Positions 55,978 to 63,432 of a stretch of 64,000 bases of DNA are shown here, in pieces (positions within the stretch are counted from its first letter, which is position 1; each line of letters begins with the position of its first letter). The stretch lies in IMG/VR virus record IMGVR_UViG_3300042389_001739, positions 15,723 to 79,722 of that record; one strand, given 5' to 3'. Source of the DNA: a virus. Made by a program: the position numbers and the translations under genes. The notes beneath the pieces were generated by a model that was not told the origin of the DNA, did not search any database, and was given only the letters and a program-made list of their open reading frames with translations.

Positions 55978-56632
55978 CGGGAAGAACGATTTTGGTGTAG
56001 CTGCCGTACTCCGGGTTTCCGGCGGCTATCTGCGCTGTAATTGCACGTTCGGCCGCCAGTGCCGCGTAGGCCTGTTTCAGTTCGCCGCCCCATTTGTTGC
56101 CTGAGGTATTTTGGCCTAAGCCTTTGGCGCGAAGCAGACCATTACCCTGGTTGTAATAATCACACATCAACTGATACTCACCCTTACGTGCCGGGTTAGG
56201 CACTACTCCAATTTCGTAGGCCCTGGGTTGATTGGCCGTGGCTTTGTACCGAATGATGTATTCGGCATCCTTGCCGATCACCTCAGCATTGATGCGGTGG
56301 TACTCTTTTTTAAATTCCGGATTTTGCAGCAACTTATTTTGGTCCTGAGCGGACCAGCCCTGGGTTTCCAGCTCCATTAAACGATCTGGCAACTTTACGC
56401 CGACCGCTTGGGCCAGCTTATGTACGTCGTGCCCTGCCTTTTTTAGCGCGGCCACAATTTGCAGCTGATAGATACCAGGTAACGGGTAGTCACCGGCTAA
56501 GCTTCCGTGGTCCGTGGCCCAGGTGCGGTAAACCTTACCTTTGACCATTTCCAGGTCAGAGCATTTTTCCTGCACCGTTTTGGTAAGCGCTTCCAAGTCC
56601 GTAATACAAAATCCCGACTCTAAGTGACTCAT
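55943..56632 (-). CDS. DUF1257-like protein
   Basis: MSH...ITDLEAL, YEIGVV, LMCDYY, LKQAYA, DGRIKIEV; first gene of the DUF1257-DUF2997-AAA triad. Confidence 0.75.
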   Translation of the reverse strand: MSHLESGFCITDLEALTKTVQEKCSDLEMVKGKVYRTWATDHGSLAGDYPLPGIYQLQIVAALKKAGHDVHKLAQAVGVKLPDRLMELETQGWSAQDQNKLLQNPEFKKEYHRINAEVIGKDAEYIIRYKATANQPRAYEIGVVPNPARKGEYQLMCDYYNQGNGLLRAKGLGQNTSGNKWGGELKQAYAALAAERAITAQIAAGNPEYGSYTKIVLPDGRIKIEVTPR

Positions 56633-56650
56633 ACTAGCTACTCCCGAATA

Positions 56651-56673
56651 GATGGCTTAAACTTTAAGCCATC
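56651..56673. promoter_or_regulatory. Perfect 11+1+11 palindrome, operator-like
   Basis: GATGGCTTAAA-C-TTTAAGCCATC, 18 nt upstream of the DUF1257 start. Confidence 0.55.
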
Positions 56674-56688
56674 ACGCCATTCGCGTAC

Positions 56689-56724
56689 AAAGAAAAAGGA
56701 CCAGCAGTTTCCTGCCAGTCCTTT
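56689..56724 (-). terminator. Intrinsic terminator
   Basis: AAAGGACTGGCAG-GAAA-CTGCTGGTCCTTT then TTCTTT on the minus strand. Confidence 0.8.
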
Positions 56725-56751
56725 GGATGTGAAAAAATAAACCGTCCTGGT

Positions 56752-57027
56752 TTATTTTGACGATTCAATAACCAGATACTGCTGCTGAGGCCGCCGCAGG
56801 CTGGGAAGCAGCGGTCGCCGTGCAAGTACCAGCTCGTAAATCTTTGTGACTTTAGCTGTTTCCTTCTTCGCTTCCTTCACCTCGGTTTTCACTGAAACCG
56901 CAGTTTCCGGCAGCACAAAATACACAGGCTGTGGGCTTGAAGGCACCGTCAGCACGTATAGCTGATCAGCCGCATTTGCCGTAACCCCTGCCAACAAGAC
57001 CACCAACACACCAAACACCTTACGCAT
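56752..57027 (-). CDS. Small secreted protein (signal peptide)
   Basis: MRKVFGVLVVLLAGVTANA|AD Sec signal with AxA cleavage site. Confidence 0.7.
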   Translation of the reverse strand: MRKVFGVLVVLLAGVTANAADQLYVLTVPSSPQPVYFVLPETAVSVKTEVKEAKKETAKVTKIYELVLARRPLLPSLRRPQQQYLVIESSK

Positions 57028-57781
57028 TGATTCCTCCTGTGCCGGAAACGATTTTTTCCAGCTGGTTGACCAATTCTTTTGTCGACCCTTGTTGCAGTGG
57101 GAGTAACTTCAACTGTGACGCCAGAGCCAGTATGTTTTCCAGGTAAACCGCACGCAGTTCATCTGTTTTTTCCTGCTGATTTTTGTAGATGGCCGAATAC
57201 ATTTCCGGGTCATCTGCATATTCAGCGTCAACTTTCGAAGCTTCGTCCTTGTTGAACGCCAGCCGCAACACATCGAACGGCTTCAGTATACCTTCCTGCC
57301 CTAAAACCTGAGAAATGTATTCTCGGATTTCTGGGTTGAATTCCGTATCTTCCGGATCACCATCCGGGGGCCAAAGCAGAATGGCTTCCGTAATCCCTAC
57401 CAACAGTTCGCCAGCGTCGGCCGGTTCAAACTCGTCGGGCTGGAAATCATCACCTGCCAGGATATTGCACAGTTCAATAAACCGTGTCACATCCTTGTAA
57501 AAGTAATTCGTGGTGACGATCGTGATCGCCGCCATGATCTTGTCCAGGCTGATCTTCGGCAGCTGAATCCGGAAATCGTTTTCCAGCTCCAGCTTGATTG
57601 TTTCCGGTGCCCAGCTCAGTGCCTCGGCACCGTACCGGTCCATCACGATCAAGAACAACGGCAACGCTGCTGACTCTTCAGTCAGTAGAAACGTCCGCTG
57701 AATTGCCTGCGGTGCCTGCGGACGATATGTTCCCGACATCGCTTGTTTGAGCAGACGTGTCGCGGTTTCGCTGGGTTGCAT
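57020..57781 (-). CDS. Hypothetical protein (possible virion component)
   Basis: 253-aa acidic helical ORF. Confidence 0.75.
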   Translation of the reverse strand: MQPSETATRLLKQAMSGTYRPQAPQAIQRTFLLTEESAALPLFLIVMDRYGAEALSWAPETIKLELENDFRIQLPKISLDKIMAAITIVTTNYFYKDVTRFIELCNILAGDDFQPDEFEPADAGELLVGITEAILLWPPDGDPEDTEFNPEIREYISQVLGQEGILKPFDVLRLAFNKDEASKVDAEYADDPEMYSAIYKNQQEKTDELRAVYLENILALASQLKLLPLQQGSTKELVNQLEKIVSGTGGINA

Positions 57782-58118
57782 CTTTTTGTCCCTGCCTTTG
57801 CTCCATGCGGAGCTTTAATGCCGTTATATCACACATTATGTGCGTTACGGCAAAAACAGGCAATTCCGGCAGCGTTTCTCCTGTTGCGGTATCCAGAAAA
57901 ACTGTATTACCGGTAAACGAAACCCAGCGGCCGTCTGCAATGGCCAGTGTTGCGCCTGAATTCTCAATTCCGGATTTTACGAAATTAAGAATATCGTACA
58001 CCTGTGCATCACTGAACAAGTTTAAATGGGTGAGCCATTCACCCAGATGAATTAACAGCGGTAGATCCGTACCTACCGCTTTGGTCATGCGCTTGATTTC
58101 GTCTTTGTTGAGAATCAC
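57678..58118 (-). CDS. Hypothetical protein
   Basis: 146 aa, coupled to the upstream gene. Confidence 0.65.
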   Translation of the reverse strand: MILNKDEIKRMTKAVGTDLPLLIHLGEWLTHLNLFSDAQVYDILNFVKSGIENSGATLAIADGRWVSFTGNTVFLDTATGETLPELPVFAVTHIMCDITALKLRMEQRQGQKDATQRNRDTSAQTSDVGNISSAGTAGNSADVSTD

Positions 58119-58465
58119 TGCCGCGCTGTGACCTCGTACGTTGCCCGGTATGCGCTCGGTTTCATGTCTGGGTGATTAAAAGGCAGTTGATTGCCTTCTT
58201 CATCCCTTAACTCGTCCAGCGGCGTTCCAGTCTTATTTACCGGAAATGGTGACTCCGCCACCCGGCTGATACCTGGGACACCGCGAATCCCTGCACTGAC
58301 CGCTTCAGCCAGCACAAAGGCCCGAGTGGTGGCTGACTGCAGCTCTTCAATCTGATTAGGAAACTGGGGGCAGTCGCTTTCAACCGTGATCCGGCCGCGA
58401 CTTTTATCCCCGAATAGTTCCACTGTAATCGTTTTTACCGCCATAGTTCTTCCTTTCTTGCCCAA
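58115..58465 (-). CDS. Hypothetical protein (likely start ATG 58444)
   Basis: AAGGA precedes the internal ATG. Confidence 0.65.
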   Translation of the reverse strand: MGKKGRTMAVKTITVELFGDKSRGRITVESDCPQFPNQIEELQSATTRAFVLAEAVSAGIRGVPGISRVAESPFPVNKTGTPLDELRDEEGNQLPFNHPDMKPSAYRATYEVTARQ

Positions 58466-58477
58466 TAGCTAAGGAAA

Positions 58478-58580
58478 AGCTAGGTTACATAAAACCTAGC
58501 TGGATTTAAAGGGCCGTAAGATACAAATTGTAGGTTGACTCTGAAACAGAGACAAAATCCTACAACCGTATCTTACGGCC
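58478..58580 (-). other. Two intergenic hairpins (69-nt extended stem plus 24-nt stem)
   Basis: GGCCGTAAGATAC/GTATCTTACGGCC 13-bp perfect, TTGTAGG/CCTACAA, CTCTG/CAGAG; AGCTAGGTT/AACCTAGCT. Confidence 0.65.
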
Positions 58581-58587
58581 TGCCGCT

Positions 58588-58788
58588 TTATCGCGGCATC
58601 AACCCCATTCGTTGGGGCGGAGTTTTCTTGGCGGTACTTCGCTGTACCGCAATTGTTTTAGGGGCGCGCACACGCACTCCCGCACTGTGGTTTGTAATTT
58701 CCACAGTGACGACGCCTTCTGAAGTGAAAACGTCAAATGATTGACCTTGCTTTAGCGTAAAGCAAAGGCTGCCGCGATTTTGATCCAT
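58588..58788 (-). CDS. csrA: CsrA/RsmA-like translational regulator
   Basis: ATG 58788 with AAAGGA upstream; LCFTLKQGQSFDV...VTVEI...VRVRAPKTIAVQR matches CsrA L.LTRK.GE.I.I...I.V....V.IGI.AP..V.V.R. Confidence 0.7.
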   Translation of the reverse strand: MDQNRGSLCFTLKQGQSFDVFTSEGVVTVEITNHSAGVRVRAPKTIAVQRSTAKKTPPQRMGLMPR

Positions 58789-58799
58789 TTGAATTCCTT

Positions 58800-59099
58800 T
58801 CAATCTTGCCAAAGTCTGAGGGGTTCGCGACCTGGGGTTGCCCAGTGACTGGGGTTGCCAGCCGTACCCACCAGAGCCACTAGCTCCTGTGGGCTGAGCG
58901 CGTCTGTCGCACACTCGTCAATTCCCGTTTGATACGGGTTTTCCGTATCCAGCTGAAATTGAATTTTATTGCCGCACCGACTATTCAGTGCCGCAACCTC
59001 CCTTTTTGCCTGCTCGGCCCAGTCACGCATCGTGCGACGGGCAAGCAGATCCTGGTTAGCAAATTGTGCTAATTCCTTGAAGCTTCGTTGTTTGCTCAT
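58800..59099 (-). CDS. Hypothetical protein
   Basis: 99-aa ORF. Confidence 0.6.
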   Translation of the reverse strand: MSKQRSFKELAQFANQDLLARRTMRDWAEQAKREVAALNSRCGNKIQFQLDTENPYQTGIDECATDALSPQELVALVGTAGNPSHWATPGREPLRLWQD

Positions 59100-59135
59100 G
59101 ATTCACTTTCTGCTTCGGTAGTGGGCATCCACCCG

Positions 59136-59297
59136 CTACCATGACATGGAATAGGTGACGGTGGCTGCACCCTCACCTGACATTTGTGGTTTGCCCAAGT
59201 CCACCTTTGCAACGGTGAGTTGAGCTTTCAATTCCTGCTTTGGTGGGGTAGCACACCCCGCCAAAGCCAATAAAACCAGACAAACAAAATAGCGCAT
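59136..59297 (-). CDS. Small lipoprotein (53 aa)
   Basis: AAGGAGG ribosome-binding site, MRYFVCLVLLALAG|C lipobox. Confidence 0.75.
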   Translation of the reverse strand: MRYFVCLVLLALAGCATPPKQELKAQLTVAKVDLGKPQMSGEGAATVTYSMSW

Positions 59298-59323
59298 CAG
59301 ACACCTCCTTGTGTTTTGTGGCT

Positions 59324-59512
59324 TCACCAGGCTTCCCGGAGATCCGGGTGATTCCATTGGCGAAGAATCATCAACTGCAGTACGAGCTGACACAACATGA
59401 GCCACTCGATTATGGACACACCGAAATATGCCCAATGCATTACAGTCATGCCGAAACAGCACGTTGTTAACGTAAGCGACAAACCTAATACAACGCTCTT
59501 AACACTGAACAT
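59324..59512 (-). CDS. Small membrane protein (two hydrophobic segments)
   Basis: 62 aa, AAGGA ribosome-binding site. Confidence 0.55.
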   Translation of the reverse strand: MFSVKSVVLGLSLTLTTCCFGMTVMHWAYFGVSIIEWLMLCQLVLQLMILRQWNHPDLREAW

Positions 59513-59655
59513 GATCGTTTTCCTTGGTACCTGACGGAAACAACCTTGCCGGTACCATGCAAGGCTGTCAGGGTTGGGTAATGTCCTCTGCGTTTGCAGG
59601 GTCGAGGAACAGCTAAGTTTCCTCTAATCAATATTGACACAATTTCGTTACTAAT

Positions 59656-60012
59656 TTAGGTATCGTAACGTATTGACACCTTGTTGTCCTGCACGCTGAT
59701 CGTGCCGGACGCTTCGAGCTCGTCGTCTGTAAACTGGACGGTACCACTGAGCGTGTAACCCAGTGGTACCAGAAAATTTTCGATTAGATAACTGAGCCAC
59801 TCCTGGGAGTGGCAAAATTTTATCCCTTTATCCCAGACAAGTTTGTCTGGATTTTCAGGTACCCACTGGCAATGAATACCTGGTGCTTCCGGAGTGATCG
59901 GATTTGTGTGGTCATAGCGTTGTGCTGTAAAGGCAGTCAGCACCATAAAAGTTACGGGGGACCACGGCGGTGTTACCGTGAAGTGCCCGGTAAATACCGG
60001 ATTCTCAACCAT
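59656..60012 (-). CDS. Conserved phage hypothetical protein
   Basis: PGIHCQWV...LVWD...KF....WL.YLIE.FL.P.GY.L.G motif; AGGAG ribosome-binding site. Confidence 0.7.
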   Translation of the reverse strand: MVENPVFTGHFTVTPPWSPVTFMVLTAFTAQRYDHTNPITPEAPGIHCQWVPENPDKLVWDKGIKFCHSQEWLSYLIENFLVPLGYTLSGTVQFTDDELEASGTISVQDNKVSIRYDT

Positions 60013-60023
60013 GTTTTTCTCCT

Positions 60024-60055
60024 AATAAAACAGCAACACAAATCTGTGTTGCTGT
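60024..60055 (-). terminator. Intrinsic terminator
   Basis: ACAGCAACACA/TGTGTTGCTGT 11-bp stem followed by a T-rich tract on the minus strand. Confidence 0.75.
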
Positions 60056-60107
60056 GGGGAATAGTTAAATCGTTTGCAATAAATAATGACGCGTTTAAAT
60101 CCGGAAT

Positions 60108-60464
60108 TTAGAACGTGTAGTCCACGATCTTGTTGCCCTGCAGCAATCGAATCCGGAGCTGCTTGGCGTTCAGCATTTCCTTGAGCCGCCGCTTACGTTC
60201 ATCTGGCAGCGATACCAGCGATTGCCGGATCCCGTTTAGTTGCTGCACCCGCTGCTGCGCTTTTTGCTGGCACGGAGCACAACCGGGTTTAGGCGCAGCA
60301 CCGGCTTTGACTAATCCCGTGAGAAATGGAAATTCTTTCTGGAAATTGGGGTTTTCTGCCATACTGCGAATTACGCTGTCTTCCAGTACCAACAGCGGAG
60401 TCATTTCGGCCATTGCTATTCTCCTTAAAGCACACTTTCGCTCGAATCGGGCGGTGTCGGACAC
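60108..60464 (-). CDS. Hypothetical protein with CxxC (likely start ATG near 60413)
   Basis: GCAPCQ motif; AAGGAG precedes the internal ATG. Confidence 0.7.
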   Translation of the reverse strand: MSDTARFERKCALRRIAMAEMTPLLVLEDSVIRSMAENPNFQKEFPFLTGLVKAGAAPKPGCAPCQQKAQQRVQQLNGIRQSLVSLPDERKRRLKEMLNAKQLRIRLLQGNKIVDYTF

Positions 60465-60862
60465 CAGACTTCCTGTATCAATTTAAGCTGGCTGAGCCGT
60501 TCCAGCGCGGTCAGCAATATATTGGTCTCGGCTTGAATTTCTGTCCAGATCGCTTCCGCCTGCGCCGTAGACAGGACATCCAGTTCCACGTAATTCAGGC
60601 GATAAAACGGCCAACCCTGGTCTGGATCGGGTGCACCTGCCGGATAAGAAGCCAGTTGGCTGGGACCAACCACTGCTTCGAAGCTATCGCAGGACAAGGC
60701 GGTGTAGGGACTGGGCGGATTGCGGCGATAGATGAAAATGTTCTCATCCAGGTCCGGCCCTTCCGGGTCTGACGCTTCAATGCGTAAACGATATGCTCCG
60801 TAATTGTTAAACAGTAAAGTCTGAGGAGCAAACCGTTTTAATCGAATGCGGCGTACGGCCAT
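60425..60862 (-). CDS. Hypothetical protein
   Basis: 145 aa, GGAG ribosome-binding site. Confidence 0.75.
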   Translation of the reverse strand: MAVRRIRLKRFAPQTLLFNNYGAYRLRIEASDPEGPDLDENIFIYRRNPPSPYTALSCDSFEAVVGPSQLASYPAGAPDPDQGWPFYRLNYVELDVLSTAQAEAIWTEIQAETNILLTALERLSQLKLIQEVWCPTPPDSSESVL

Positions 60863-61251
60863 GTCTCCACCCCCTGAAAAATTACCGTGTTGTCCGGTAG
60901 TACAATTGTCTCATCGTTAAAGCGGCGTCGCTGCTGAATGTAACTGGTTAGCCGCTGGATTGCTTCCGGGTTATCCGTTACCCAGGTTTTCAACTGCTGT
61001 ATCCACTGATTATACAACGGGGCCGTTTTCAGTACGAATGGCCCCAGCTCGTGCGCCAGCAGAATTTCCGCCTGCGCGCGATCGGCTTCCAGCTCAGGCA
61101 GAATTTCCCAAAAGTAGGGATCAGCCCACAAGTCAAACAACACGTGATGGTCAAGGATTAAACAGGTTCCCATGGAAATCTCTGGCTTACGCCTCTGCGG
61201 CCACCGTGTTCGCGGGACGGGCAGGCGACCAATGCCTTGCCCCGGTTCCAT
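60838..61251 (-). CDS. Hypothetical protein (start probably near 61173)
   Basis: Tiles between neighbours. Confidence 0.6.
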   Translation of the reverse strand: MEPGQGIGRLPVPRTRWPQRRKPEISMGTCLILDHHVLFDLWADPYFWEILPELEADRAQAEILLAHELGPFVLKTAPLYNQWIQQLKTWVTDNPEAIQRLTSYIQQRRRFNDETIVLPDNTVIFQGVETWPYAAFD

Positions 61252-63077
61252 TGTTTAATTAAAGCCCCTGTCTGATGTACCTGTTCGCCGATGGTAATGT
61301 CGCCGCCATTATGCTGCAGCCGCACATCCGGGATGTTGGCATGCTGTAGTGTTTCCGTCGCCAGTGCCCAGCACCAGCCTACGGCAAAATCGATAAGACT
61401 GCCATTAGGTGCTGTCGCAGGTTTACCGCGTAACCGAAAATTCAAGCCACGGTACCAGTCTGCCTGCCGAAACCAGAGGTCCGGCCGCGTATCGCCGTAA
61501 ATCGACAGGTCGTGGATCATCGTGTTACCGTACAGCCGGTAATTTTGCGGATGCCCTTCGATAATGGTTTGCGCCAGGTTATCGATCCAGTGTGGATGCA
61601 CCGTCCAGGTATCGTCATCAAACCAAACCACGTAATTGGTAGTGATTGGGCGCTGCGGGTCCCAGAACATCCGCCGCATCATAGGATACTTGAACTGGTT
61701 TTCACTGCTGATGTAGAGCGCGCTGGCAGGTACGGTACGCAGGTAATCCAGTGTCGCCGGACTGCAAGCATTGGCGGCGATTCGCAAATCCATGCGCTCC
61801 GCCGGGACGGTCTCCAGGATTCCTGACAGGCATTTGCGCGCCAGTTCCGGGTAGTTGCCATAACACAGCACAAAGATTGTAAACTTGCCGCCGATAATTG
61901 GATGATCCATGCTCGGAATTGAACGCTTCACGGTCGCGATCTTCTGCGTTGTGCACTCCAGGGGATGCACCTGCTGATAAGGTTGCTGCATGCGCGCTTC
62001 AATCGTCGGTGCCCGCAACATTTCAGGCGGGCAGGCTGATTGTGAGTCTGCGCTCGGCTTTGGCTGGATTGGGGGGAGTATATTTTGATCGTAGTAATCC
62101 ATTACGGCCTCCACCACATGCTCTGCGGTAATTAAGTCCAGGCAGGCCGGGACAGGGTGGCCCGTCGGTGGACGTATCGGCTGACGACAAAGCGCATGTG
62201 ACTTGTGGGTTAGATCGGCAGGGTCCAGCGGTACCGTACGTCGTTTCCAGCAACCCTGTTTATCGCAGCATTCCAGCAGACCAATAGTATGCAGGAATTT
62301 GTGTTCAACCTGCACGGGATTTGCCTCAAGTCCGAATGCCTGAAACCCGTTGATGTAGGCTTCAAACCAAGGTTCTTCGCGTCCGCCTGCGTACACCACG
62401 CACGGTTTATTGAAGGCGGCCGCAATGTGCATAGCTGCGGTAATTCCACAGATTACACCATCCGCATGCAGAATAAGATTAAACAGATCCCGGGCATTCT
62501 CTGTCTTACCAATCAGGTTGGTGACATTGGCCAGCGGCGGATGAACGTGGTTGGCGTGCACCGCGCCAACCTGCACACAGGAAATACCGTTAGCCATCAA
62601 CTGATTTACGACTTCCTGCACGCGGTGTGCATGCCAGTGTTTGGTTGTCATGTCCAGCTTACCGCCAGACAGGATAACCCAGTAGCGTCCACGCAAAAGC
62701 GGCACACGCTCAGCCGGTGACAAATGCAAATCGGGACGCGGGTCTGTAACCGGAACCTTTAATTTGGTTTTTTGCTCAAAGTCATAATGATACCAGGCCA
62801 GGATATGCTTCATCTCGCGACGATCGGCATAACGTGCGTAACCATTCCAGCGCTGTGCTTGCGCCCAGCTGATGGTAATTTTCTGCGGTTCTGGTCCGGA
62901 GCTGTGTGCAAACCGCGTGATATGCGGATTATGCCACCAGACATTGGTGAAGTTTGTTTCGACGTCAATTTCGAACTTGTCGGGATATGCGCGATGAATA
63001 TCGCGGACAAGCGCGGTGAGCAGTACCGTATCGCCCAGTGCCCAGGAATGCTGCAGTAGCAGCCGTTTCTTAGTCAT
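61158..63077 (-). CDS. Bifunctional glycosyltransferase: GT9 (heptosyltransferase-like) + GT2-like domain
   Basis: ALGDTVLLT, TKHW, NLIGKT, ITAAMHIAAAFNKP (GT9); KYPMMR, WFDDDT, HNGGDITIGE (GT-A). Confidence 0.88.
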   Translation of the reverse strand: MTKKRLLLQHSWALGDTVLLTALVRDIHRAYPDKFEIDVETNFTNVWWHNPHITRFAHSSGPEPQKITISWAQAQRWNGYARYADRREMKHILAWYHYDFEQKTKLKVPVTDPRPDLHLSPAERVPLLRGRYWVILSGGKLDMTTKHWHAHRVQEVVNQLMANGISCVQVGAVHANHVHPPLANVTNLIGKTENARDLFNLILHADGVICGITAAMHIAAAFNKPCVVYAGGREEPWFEAYINGFQAFGLEANPVQVEHKFLHTIGLLECCDKQGCWKRRTVPLDPADLTHKSHALCRQPIRPPTGHPVPACLDLITAEHVVEAVMDYYDQNILPPIQPKPSADSQSACPPEMLRAPTIEARMQQPYQQVHPLECTTQKIATVKRSIPSMDHPIIGGKFTIFVLCYGNYPELARKCLSGILETVPAERMDLRIAANACSPATLDYLRTVPASALYISSENQFKYPMMRRMFWDPQRPITTNYVVWFDDDTWTVHPHWIDNLAQTIIEGHPQNYRLYGNTMIHDLSIYGDTRPDLWFRQADWYRGLNFRLRGKPATAPNGSLIDFAVGWCWALATETLQHANIPDVRLQHNGGDITIGEQVHQTGALIKQWNRGKALVACPSREHGGRRGVSQRFPWEPV

Positions 63078-63429
63078 TGTCGAAGAATTGTACGGCGCCG
63101 AAGATGTTGCCGTTTAGCGAGGCACACAGTCGAACCAGGTGCGGACCAAGTTGACCGCGGGCACCGTCAATGCCTTGTTCCTGGAAAAAGCGTGTACCCC
63201 CGTCCTCTGTTTTGATTGTTACAGGTATCCGGCTGAACGGTTCACAACGCGACAGGAATGCTTCACGGGAACGCCAGCAATGAATGATGGCAACTACAGC
63301 TTGCTGCACCAGGTGCATATGGATTTCAACCAGCACGCAATAAGCCTGGTTTGCCGGAACAACGTCGCTGGGATCGGTAACTGTGGCCTGAAACGCGATC
63401 AGGTCACAGCTGGCTTTTGCCTGAGTCAT
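63070..63429 (-). CDS. Hypothetical protein
   Basis: 119 aa, coupled to the GT gene. Confidence 0.65.
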   Translation of the reverse strand: MTQAKASCDLIAFQATVTDPSDVVPANQAYCVLVEIHMHLVQQAVVAIIHCWRSREAFLSRCEPFSRIPVTIKTEDGGTRFFQEQGIDGARGQLGPHLVRLCASLNGNIFGAVQFFDND

Positions 63430-63432
63430 GCA

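Noticed and set aside
58789-58914. 108-aa version of the CsrA-like ORF
   Set aside because: The extension overlaps gene 58800..59099; CsrA similarity and the ribosome-binding site begin at ATG 58788
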